Shown here in pieces: positions 1 through 11,862 of a DNA stretch of 64,000 nt. The position numbers and the translations under genes are program-made. Origin of the DNA: an uncultured Acidobacteriota bacterium (GTDB taxonomy: Bacteria > Acidobacteriota > Thermoanaerobaculia > Gp7-AA8); NCBI GenBank assembly GCA_963822445.1, contig CAWGHO010000002.1:1120001-1184000 (forward strand), given 5' to 3'. The first letter of the stretch is position 1. Every line of letters starts with the position of its first letter. The notes under the pieces are model-generated. The model was not told the DNA's origin, did no database searches, and was given only the letters and a program-made list of their open reading frames with translations.

Positions 1-697
1 GTCCGGAGAACGCGTAGAAATCGCAGCCGATGTCCTGCACGTCGACGTGGGTGTGCGGCATGCCCTGCGCGCCGTCGATGAGGATCAGCGATCCGTTCGC
101 GTGAGCCGCGGCAACCATCCGCTTGACGGGATTGATCGTGCCGAGGGCGTTGGAGGCGTGGCCTACCGCGACCAGTTTCACGCGCGGATTCAGCATCCGC
201 TCGTACTCGTCGATCAGCAGCTCACCGGCGTCGTTGACGGGGATGATCCGCAGCGTGGCGTTCTTTTCGGCGCAGAGCATCTGCCAGGGAACGATGTTCG
301 AGTGATGCTCGATGGCGGAGATGAGGATCTCGTCCCCTTCGCGCACATTCGCCCGGCCCCAGGCCTGAGCGACGAGATTGATCGACTCGGTCGTCCCGCG
401 CGTGAAGACGATTTCCTTCTCGTCGTTCGCGTTGATGAACCGCCGCACGAACCCGCGCGCGTTCTCGTACTCCATCGTCGCCACCTCGGAGAGGTAGTGA
501 ACGCCGCGATGAACGTTTGAGTTCTCTTCCGAGTAGTAGCGGACGATGCGGTCGATGACTGCCTGAGGCTTCTGTGTGGTGGCGGCGTTGTCGAGATAGA
601 CCAGACGCTTGCCGCGCGCGGTGCGAGACAGGATCGGGAAATCGCGGCGGATGCGCTCGACGTCGTAAGTCAGGCGTGCTTCGGCCAGGGCGCTCAT
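1..697 (-). CDS. sufS: Cysteine desulfurase SufS (5' part; runs off the window start)
   Basis: Manual translation [23 protein letters not shown]...VYLDNAATTQKP...SNVHRG...EHHSNIVPWQ...DFYAFSG; ATG overlaps the sufD stop. Confidence 0.95.
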   Translation of the reverse strand, partial: MSALAEARLTYDVERIRRDFPILSRTARGKRLVYLDNAATTQKPQAVIDRIVRYYSEENSNVHRGVHYLSEVATMEYENARGFVRRFINANDEKEIVFTRGTTESINLVAQAWGRANVREGDEILISAIEHHSNIVPWQMLCAEKNATLRIIPVNDAGELLIDEYERMLNPRVKLVAVGHASNALGTINPVKRMVAAAHANGSLILIDGAQGMPHTHVDVQDIGCDFYAFSG

Positions 698-1880
698 TTC
701 GTGGCTCTCCGTTCTGGCAACCGCTCCGGCAGCGTGCGGAACAAGGCGCGGCGGATCTGTTCGCGAACCGGCTCGATCTTCATCCGGTCGATGATCTGGC
801 CCGCGAAGGCGAGGACGAGCAGATTGCGGGCCTCGTCTTCACTGATGCCGCGCGATTGCAGGTAGAACAGCTGCTCGGCGTCGATCTGTCCGATGGTCGA
901 GCCGTGATTGCACTTCACGTCGTCGTTGTGAATCTCCAGCGTCGGTTTCGAGTCGACGATCGCCGTCTCGGACAGCAGCAGGTTGCGGTTCTCCTGTTTC
1001 GACACGGTCTTCTGCGCATCGGGCCGTACGATGATCCGTCCGTCGAAAACGCCGCGCGCGGTGTCGTCGAGGATGCCTTTGTAAAGCTCGTAGCTTTCGC
1101 AGTGCGGCTTGATGTGATCGATCACGGTGCGGTTGTCGAGATGCTGGCTTCCCGCTCCGACGAACAGACCATCCAGAACGATCGACGCACCTTCACCGGC
1201 GAGAGCAACATGCGTCTCGCTGCGCGCGAGTGCGCCGCCCACCATCACCGACCGCGAGGTCACACTGGCCGCGCGCTGCTGGTCGATGAAGACGTTGCCG
1301 ACGTGAAACGCGCTCTGCGACTCGCACTGGAGGCGGTAGTGATCGACGATCGCGTTCTCGCCGGCGATGATCTCCGTGACCGCGTTCGTGAAGTACGAGC
1401 CCGATCCGACATACGACTCGACGATCGTGACCTGGGCGTTATCGCCGACGACGATCACGTTCCGCGGATGCGACCAGATGCCGTCTCCTTGTCCAACGAA
1501 GAGGAGATGGATGAAGCCTTCCACGATCGCGTTCGCGGGAATCTCGATGCGCGCGCCGTCCTGCGCGTTCGCTGTATTGAGCGCGACCATGGCGTTGCGC
1601 TCCCAGTCGGCGATGCTGACGCGGTCCGGCGTTGCGAACGGCGATTCGCCGCTCTGCACGACAAAGCGCCCGTTGACGAACAGCAGCTCCAGCACGTTGC
1701 GACCGGCGAGCGTTGCCGTCGAATCGACGGCTTTCGGAGCGTCATCGATCCGCCAGTCGATCTTCTGCACCGGCGCGAGATTCGTGTAGCGCCACTCTTC
1801 GATCCGCGTGGTCGGCCAGCCGAGCTTTTCGAAGGTCTCGGCCGCGCGTTCGCGGAGGCTCGCAGGCATGGTCCCAACGG

Positions 1881-1884
<4 letters not shown>
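694..1884 (-). CDS. sufD: Fe-S assembly protein SufD
   Basis: EEWRYT N-terminal motif, [36 protein letters not shown]; GTG start overlaps the sufC stop. Confidence 0.93.
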
Positions 1885-4068
<2,184 letters not shown>

Positions 4069-4081
4069 AGCTTTTTCATCT

Positions 4082-4099
4082 CGAGCCGCAAGCGGCTCA
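4082..4099 (-). other. Stable stem-loop between rrf2 and sufB
   Basis: Minus strand UGAGCCG-CUUG-CGGCUCG, a G(CUUG)C tetraloop starting at the rrf2 stop codon. Confidence 0.55.
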
Positions 4100-4555
4100 A
4101 GAGGCCACCAGATGTTTCTTGTCGATCACGGGGATCGCCATTCCGCCACGCGCCAGGTCGGCGAGCGTGACTTGTTCGAAGGCGCCTTTGATTGCCCGGT
4201 TGATACCGAACATGAAGCGCCGGGAGGGGCAGGCGATCCTGATTGCACAGGTAGCGTCGCCATGGTCGTCGAGGGTCTCGCACTCGGTCAGGTCCCAGGG
4301 GCCTTCGAAGGCCTCGATGAGGTTGCCGAGGGTGACCATTTCGGGGTCACCGTTGAATGTGTAGCCGCCGCCCACGCCTCGATGCGAGCTGATCAGCGCC
4401 GCGTGCTGCAGCGTCTTCAGGACCTTCGTAACTACCGGCAAAGGCAGGTGATAGAACGCGGCGATCTCGCGGGCGGAGGTCACCTGTCCCGCGTGGCGGG
4501 CCAGGTAAACGGCGGCAAGAAGGCCGTAGTCGGTGAGTCTGGAGATCTTCAGCAT
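4097..4555 (-). CDS. Rrf2-family (IscR/SufR-like) regulator of the suf operon
   Basis: MLKISRLTDYG, SHRGVGGGY, three C-terminal Cys (ECE...TCAIRIAC); first gene of the suf operon. Confidence 0.9.
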   Translation of the reverse strand: MLKISRLTDYGLLAAVYLARHAGQVTSAREIAAFYHLPLPVVTKVLKTLQHAALISSHRGVGGGYTFNGDPEMVTLGNLIEAFEGPWDLTECETLDDHGDATCAIRIACPSRRFMFGINRAIKGAFEQVTLADLARGGMAIPVIDKKHLVAS

Positions 4556-4591
4556 CGGTGTGAAACCCTAAGGCGGGTTCGCGAGGGAGCG

Positions 4592-4616
4592 AAACCGTAC
4601 CACAGTGGTACGGTTT
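4592..4616. promoter_or_regulatory. Perfect 12-1-12 palindrome, probable Rrf2 operator
   Basis: AAACCGTACCAC-A-GTGGTACGGTTT, 36 nt upstream of the rrf2 ATG. Confidence 0.7.
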
Positions 4617-4789
4617 ACACAACCGATGCCTGAATGGGGGTAATCCCTGCGGGCTCAGCGGATGGGGGAGATGACGCGCGGACCGCGCGGAGGGTAAGTC
4701 GAAGCCGCGAATCAGATGCGCTTAGTCAGGAATCGGTCTCGCCATCATCGTCTCCGGTCTCGTGATTCTAAGGACTTACGTCCGCTCCG

Positions 4790-6262
4790 TCAAACAGTTG
4801 CAGCCGGTGAGCCAAGGGCGGGCGTCGTTCCGGCATACGCGTGCAACTGGGTCCCGAGGTTCCGCAATTCCTCCGACCGCGAGCCCGACAGGTGGGTGGC
4901 GAGACGCCTGCTCTCCGTTACGTCCAGCGGATCCTGAGCCGGATACCAATGCTCGTATGGACGGTTCATCTCGAACTCGGTCACCAGCGCGAACACCTCG
5001 AAGACCGGGACGATCGGGTCGAACGAATCGAGGTGCTCGTCGAAGATCGCCCGCATCTCCTTCACAGGCTCCTGGTTCATCACCGCCTCCCGGTATTCGG
5101 CGTAGGAAGCGCGCGGCGGCATGAGCTTCGTGCACGCGTCGCGGACCCCGCGGGTGAAGGTCTCATCGCACCAGTCGACAATCGTGGTCCACGCCAGGTC
5201 GACGAGTTTTTCGCCCGCGCGGTCCTTGAAATAGAAGCCGCCGATGGCCTGAGTCATCCGGCGCATGCGGGCGAGAAACTGTAGCAGTGAGAAGAAGGTG
5301 AGCTCGCGCAACGACTCGTCCGCGCGATCGGGGACCTTCGAGAGGTCTTTCCAGTACTCCACGATGCGGCCGGCCGTTCCGGCGAGTGGCATGTAGTGAC
5401 GCTCGGCGTTCTGATGGCTCTTGAGGAGCATCAGGTTCCAGGTCTGCTGCGTTTGCGCCGTTTTCTCGGCAGCAGCTTTCCGCTGCTCGATCCGCGCGTC
5501 CTCCTCCTGGCGGCGCTGCTGCGCGCGCGCCTCTTCCTCTTCGCGGCGGCGGCGCGCGCGATCCTCTTCTTCCTCCTTCCGTTGCTGGGCTCGGGCGTCT
5601 TCTTCCTGTTTCCGCTGGTGCGCGCGCGAGTCTTCTTTTTCCTTCAGCCAGAAGCCGACGAACGCCAATGCCAGCGGAAGCGCGAGATCCTTGAGGAAGC
5701 CCTGCAGCGCGCGTAGAAAGAGAAGGGTCTTGCTCCAGATCGGATGCTCGATGGTGATCGCCCGGAGGACCACAGGCTTTCGCCGGGTAATCGATGCGCC
5801 GACCTTCTGCCACGTGACCACCGACGAGATCGCGTAACGCCCGGAGTCCGCGGTCGCGCGGAGGTCGCCTTCGAACGTGAACGTCGCGCCGGCGTCGACC
5901 CGCACGGGCAACCTGGTCAGAGAGCGCGTGCTGCCGGAGCGCGTACAGACGGGCACGGAGCCGTTCCAGCACGGACCGATGCGTTTGAAGCCCGGCGTAT
6001 GAAAACTGGCGAAAGACACGAGGACCGGCGCGCTCGTGGGGTTGTGGATGCCGACCCAGAACGACAACTCGTCGCGATAGGACAGGCGGCTGGCGTCGGC
6101 CCAAACATCCAGGCGGAGATCCCCCGCGTCCGCGGCAGCGCTGCTGGAGCTGATCGCCGTCTGCGTGGACTGCGCCGACTCCTCCTGCACGGTCTGCCAA
6201 GTCCAGAGGGCGAGGAGGAAAATGGCGATTCCGCCCCAGACGAGCGCGTGTCGCGTGTTCAT
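4790..6262 (-). CDS. Hypothetical membrane protein: TM, beta-rich domain, TM, charged 11-aa repeats, helical C-terminal domain
   Basis: 490-aa ORF with hydrophobic segments ALVWGGIAIFLLALW and LALPLALAFVGFWL and an E/R/Q-rich repeat; no family recognised. Confidence 0.75.
   Translation of the reverse strand: MNTRHALVWGGIAIFLLALWTWQTVQEESAQSTQTAISSSSAAADAGDLRLDVWADASRLSYRDELSFWVGIHNPTSAPVLVSFASFHTPGFKRIGPCWNGSVPVCTRSGSTRSLTRLPVRVDAGATFTFEGDLRATADSGRYAISSVVTWQKVGASITRRKPVVLRAITIEHPIWSKTLLFLRALQGFLKDLALPLALAFVGFWLKEKEDSRAHQRKQEEDARAQQRKEEEEDRARRRREEEEARAQQRRQEEDARIEQRKAAAEKTAQTQQTWNLMLLKSHQNAERHYMPLAGTAGRIVEYWKDLSKVPDRADESLRELTFFSLLQFLARMRRMTQAIGGFYFKDRAGEKLVDLAWTTIVDWCDETFTRGVRDACTKLMPPRASYAEYREAVMNQEPVKEMRAIFDEHLDSFDPIVPVFEVFALVTEFEMNRPYEHWYPAQDPLDVTESRRLATHLSGSRSEELRNLGTQLHAYAGTTPALGSPAATV
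5471..5635 (-). repeat. Five degenerate 33-bp in-frame tandem repeats
   Basis: EDSRAHQRKQE / EDARAQQRKEE / EEDRARRRREE / EEARAQQRRQE / EDARIEQRKAA. Confidence 0.8.
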
Positions 6263-6286
6263 TCCGGCTTTCCGGCCGGAAGTCTA

Positions 6287-6463
6287 CTATCCTCGCGGTG
6301 CCTTGTCCGATCCGTTCCGCCGTCCCTCCCCGGGACGATCGCCCTTCACCGAGCGATCCTGGAGCTCCTCGCGGCTCTGCACCTTGCGGTTGTCACGGTC
6401 GGCGGTCGGCTCGTCTTTCGGGCTCTGGCTCGGTCCGCCCTGATTGTCGCGATCTTTGGCCAT
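6287..6463 (-). CDS. Small hydrophilic protein, 58 aa (absent from the ORF track)
   Basis: MAKDRDNQGGPSQSPKDEPTADRDNRKVQSREELQDRSVKGDRPGEGRRNGSDKAPRG; GGAGG six nt before ATG; GC3-rich codons. Confidence 0.7.
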   Translation of the reverse strand: MAKDRDNQGGPSQSPKDEPTADRDNRKVQSREELQDRSVKGDRPGEGRRNGSDKAPRG

Positions 6464-6487
6464 GGTCTTCCTCCGCCATCCGGTAGT

Positions 6488-6503
6488 CGCAAAATCAACG
6501 CCG
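6488..6503 (-). promoter_or_regulatory. sigma54-like promoter for the 58-aa ORF
   Basis: CGGCGTTGATTTTGCG (GG-N10-GC with TTGC). Confidence 0.45.
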
Positions 6504-6905
6504 GATGAACGTCCCGAGCATGGTCGCGACGACGCGCTCGTCGGACTCGATGTCCGCGGCGCAGACGCTCAGCGTTCCGCCCGAGCGGACCACGCGGCCG
6601 CGGGCGATGAGACGCCGCGCGAGCGCCGGCGCCAGCAGGTTGATCTTGAACTCGACACTCCAGACCTCGGCACCAGCAGGCATCAAGGTCAACGCCGCAT
6701 AGCCGCAGGCGGTATCGCCCATCGCCGCGAGGACGCCGGCGTGGAGAGCGCCGGATTGCTGGACGAGGTCGGCACGAAAGGGAAGCTCGAGATCGACTTC
6801 GCCAGGCGCGATACGGATGAGCGTGGCTCCAATGGAAGCCAGGAAAAGCTGCCGCGCAAAACTCTCGCGGACAGTAGTTTCGTAGCCCGGATTGGAAGGT
6901 CGCAT
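6495..6905 (-). CDS. PaaI-family hot-dog thioesterase
   Basis: QQSGALHAGVLAAMGDTACG, VEFKINLLAPA. Confidence 0.88.
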   Translation of the reverse strand: MRPSNPGYETTVRESFARQLFLASIGATLIRIAPGEVDLELPFRADLVQQSGALHAGVLAAMGDTACGYAALTLMPAGAEVWSVEFKINLLAPALARRLIARGRVVRSGGTLSVCAADIESDERVVATMLGTFIRR

Positions 6906-6917
6906 CCGCGGATTATG

Positions 6918-6933
6918 TGGCAAGCCGCTTGCG
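6918..6933 (+). promoter_or_regulatory. sigma54-like promoter for the Pro/Thr-rich lipoprotein
   Basis: TGGCAAGCCGCTTGCG (TGGC-N7-TTGC). Confidence 0.55.
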
Positions 6934-6955
6934 AAGGTTATTGGCAGCGGACCTT

Positions 6956-7532
6956 ATGAAAACCAAGCTGATTTGCTCACTGACGTTCCTGGTCGTGCTC
7001 GCCGCCTGCGGGAGCGACAAGGACAAGGCTACGGAACAGGCCAGCTACGAAACCGTGCAGGAAGGCTCCGCCGCCGGAGTGACGTCGACCATCCATGGAC
7101 CGGGCGAGACCATCCCGCCGATGACCGGCACGAACGCGGACACGACCACGGCCTTCGCCCTCAATCCGGCCGCGGTACCGGCCACCCAACCCACCGGCGG
7201 AACGTTCGCCGGCACGTTCCCCGATCCGACCGCGACCACGCCGCCGATGACCGGCACCTACCGCCCGCCGGTGCAGGCAACCCGCCCGGCGCCGGTGTAT
7301 CAACCCCCTGCGCAAACGCAAACCCAGCCCGATCCGCAATCGCCGCCGCCAACCGCGACGACCGATACGGCCGTGCCTCCGCCACCGACGGACACCACCA
7401 CGACCACCGCCACGCAGCCTCCGCCGCCCACGAACACAGCTCCTCCGCCGCCTCCGGCCGAAAAGCCGAAGAAGGAAGCCGAGGAACCGGAAGAGGGCGA
7501 ACAGACCGAGACCGCGCCGCCGCCGCCGCCCG

Positions 7533-7543
<11 letters not shown>
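6956..7543 (+). CDS. Pro/Thr-rich low-complexity lipoprotein
   Basis: Signal peptide MKTKLICSLTFLVV with LAAC lipobox, followed by a disordered P/T-rich chain. Confidence 0.8.
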
Positions 7544-7634
<91 letters not shown>

Positions 7635-7651
7635 TTTAGAATGCCCGCCCT

Positions 7652-8549
<898 letters not shown>

Positions 8550-8557
<8 letters not shown>

Positions 8558-10605
8558 GTACTTTTTCGAGCTCCTGACCGAAGAGATCCCGGCGTGGATG
8601 CTCCCGCATCCGCAACTGGAGGCGCGGCTCAAAGAGCTGAGCGAGAACATCACCATCAACTACTCGCCGCGGCGAATCGCCTTCGTCCTGCGCGACCTTC
8701 CTCTCAAACGTGAAGACGAGACCCAGGAGGTCAAAGGTCCGCCGAAACAGGCCGCGTACAAAGACGGCGCACCGACACCGGCGCTGCAGGGATTTCTGAA
8801 GAAGCGCAACGCGAAAATCGAAGACCTCATCGACAAAGACGACGCGTACGTCTGGATCCGCGAGACCGTCGCCGGGCGCCTGACCAACGATCTCCTCACC
8901 GAGACCATCCCCCAGATCATCGAAGGGCTGCGCTGGCCGAAGATGATGCGCTGGGGCACGGGCGAGCATTCCTACATCCGCCCCATTCACTCGATCATTT
9001 CGATTCTCGACGGCGAGCATCTGCCCATCGCGATCTTCGGAACGCGATCGGGAACAAGCACGGTCGGTCACCGCACCCTCGCGCCGCAACGATTCGAGGT
9101 CGCGTCGTACAACGACTACGTGACGAAGCTCGAGCTCGCGCGCGTGTACGTGGACGCCGATCGCCGCAAGCACGCCATGGCCGCGGCGGCGATCTCCCTC
9201 GCGAAAGAAGCGGAAGGCAAGCCCTCCGACGACGCGTCGATCTGGTCGCAGTGGCAGTACCTCACCGAGTACCCCGGCCTCGTGCGCGCGGAGTTCCGCA
9301 ACGAATATCTCGCTCTGCCCGAGGAGGTGCTGGTCACGGTGATGCGCGTGCATCAGAAGCAGCTTCCCGATCCGCGACGCGAACGGCCGGCTGACCAGCT
9401 CCTTCCTGGCGGTGCTCGACAACGAAGGCGATCCCGACGGCAACGCCGCGTACGGCAACTCGTTCGTCACCAACGCCCGCTTCGCCGACGCGCAGTTCTT
9501 CTACGACACCGATCGCCGGAAAAAACTCGAAGAACGCCTCGAGCAGCTCTCGCATCTGCAGTTCCAGGAGAAGCTCGGCGACTACCTCGACAAAACGAAG
9601 CGCATCGAGACACATCGCCGCCGCGCATCTGCGCGGAAGCAGGAATCGACGGAGCCGATGCCGCTGTCGCCGCGCGGCTCTGCAAGACCGACCTGGTCAC
9701 GGAGATGGTGAAGGAGTTCACCGATCTGCAGGGACAGATCGGCGGCATCTACGCGCGCGAGGAAGGGCTGCCGGAGACCGTCTGGCAGGCGATCTACGAT
9801 CAGTACCTGCCCGTCAATCTCGACGACGCGCTGCCGCGCAACCCGCTCGGGCGCCGTGGTCTCGCTCGCCGATCGCATCGACACGCTGGTCGGCTTCTTC
9901 TCCGTCGGCGCGAAACCGACCGGCTCGAAGGATCCCGTTCGGCCTGCGCCGCGCCGCTCAGGGCGTCGTGCAGATCCTGCTCAATCGCGACAAGCGCGAG
10001 ATCAAGGTCGGCATCGAGAAGCTGATCGACATCGGCATCGCCGCGTACGGCGAAGGTGCATCGCGCGTTCGACGAAGACCTTCTGGCCTTCTTCGCCGAG
10101 CGCGTCCGCACCATCCTCGAAGCGTCGGCATGGCAGCTCGCCTACGACGAGATCGCCGCGGCGATGGAAGCGGGATGGGCGACGTCGCTCACCGATCTCG
10201 TCGATCGCGTCAACGCCGTGAAGGCCATGCGCGACGAGGCGAACTTCCTCTCCATCCTCGACTCGGCGAAGCGCATCGCCAACATCACCGCCGGCCACAC
10301 CGCCACGCGCGTCGAGTCCGCGAAACTGGAGCAGGGCACCGAACGCCGTCTGGCCGAGCTGGCCGAGCTCGTGACCCAGCAGATCGACGAGCTGATCGCG
10401 CAGCGCCAGTACCGCAACGCGCTGGAGTCGTTCGCCGGTCTGGCCCCGGAGCTGGAGACGTTCTTCAAGGACGTGATGGTGAACGTCGACGACGAGGGCG
10501 TTGCGCGCAAACCGAATGTCGCTGCTGCGCAAAGTCGGCGGCGCAGTCATGAAGATCGCCGACGTCACGAAGATCGTCGTCGACCGCCGCGACTACCGCG
10601 CGTGA
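8550..10605 (+). CDS. glyS: Glycine-tRNA ligase beta subunit (several apparent frameshifts)
   Basis: [50 protein letters not shown] and KRIANI distributed across frames; ends [11 protein letters not shown]. Confidence 0.9.
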
Positions 10606-11853
10606 ACCGTTCGCCGCCGCGCTCGTCCTCGCCTTCTCGCTCTCGCCGGCTGCCGCGGCGCTGAGCCGCCGCAGCAGCCCGCGGCGGCCAGAAGCGAACG
10701 GAGCAGGACGCTCCCGGAGCGACTCGAGAGCGACAATCTACTGAACATCGTCTACGGCGCGGCGGTCGTCGTCGCGCAGCGATGAGCTCGAGCTCGAGCA
10801 TTCGTGCGCGCACGCGCATCGACGGGACGCGGAGACCACCGTGGCGTCCCCGCGCGCCGGCGGCAAACAGATCGCGGTCTTCTCCCTCGCCGCACCGGCG
10901 CGCATTGACCGGCGTCGGCGTCATCGCCGCCCTGGAGCGCGACGATGCCGGCGAGGGTGCGCTTCTCGAAACCTCGCCCGACGGAACGACCTGGACGTGG
11001 CCGCGAAGTCGCCGCCTGAACCACGAAGATCACCGCGAGCCGCAACTCTCGAATGTGACGCCGGTCGTGCACACGCTACCTCCGCGTCAGCGCGATCGAG
11101 CCCGCGACCAGTACGCACATCCTCTCGCATCCTCGCCATACGGAACCGAGACCGCGCCGAGTCGCGCAGCCGTCGATCGAAGGCTGCTGGACGATCAACA
11201 GCGGCGTCCCCGCGCGTTTCGTCCGGACCGGCGCGCGCGTCACCGGCATGATCGGCCAGATGACTCACTCGACGGCGGCACCGACGGCCGCGTGTACCGG
11301 CTGATGTGGCTGGAGAAGATCGATGTGGGGCTACGCCGCGGTGAGCATCTCCGCCGACGGCCAGCATCTCAGCGGCGTGCGCTGGCACGAAGAGGTCAAT
11401 CCGAAGAACAGCGGCGACGGCTGGATCGGGACGCGCGTGCCCTGCGAGCAGACGGTCGCGATCAACACCGCGAAAGTCGTCGACGACATCATCCGCCGCG
11501 CCGCTGTGTGGCGGCTTTACGGCATTCGTCTCGATGCCCAGGACAGGATCGTCGCCGCCGAAAGCGCGAACGCGCTCGACCTCGCCGCGAAGGTGATCCG
11601 CGAACACCCGAACCACCGCTTCCGGATCGTGGCCCGCGAGTTTCGCGAAGCGACGGAAGAGAAGAATCGCGCGCGCTGCAACGCCAAGCTCACCGCGATC
11701 CGCGAGGCCCTCACCGCCCGCGGCACCGACCTCGCCCGCATCGACTTCGCGGTCGCCGGCAGCGAGCGCGGGACCGCTCTCCGTCGACTTCACCTCGCTG
11801 CACGTGATGGACAGCGGCGTCGAGCTGCAAGTCGTTCCGTCGCGATGACATAA
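10602..11853 (+). CDS. Putative lipoprotein with discoidin-like and degenerate OmpA-like C-terminal domains (frameshifted; ends approximate)
   Basis: Hydrophobic leader with LAGC-like segment; beta-rich middle; C-terminal LYGIRLD...ALDLAAKVIREHPNHRFRIVA...AIREALTARGTDLARI resembles OmpA-C. Confidence 0.5.
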
Positions 11854-11862
11854 TCCCGCGCG

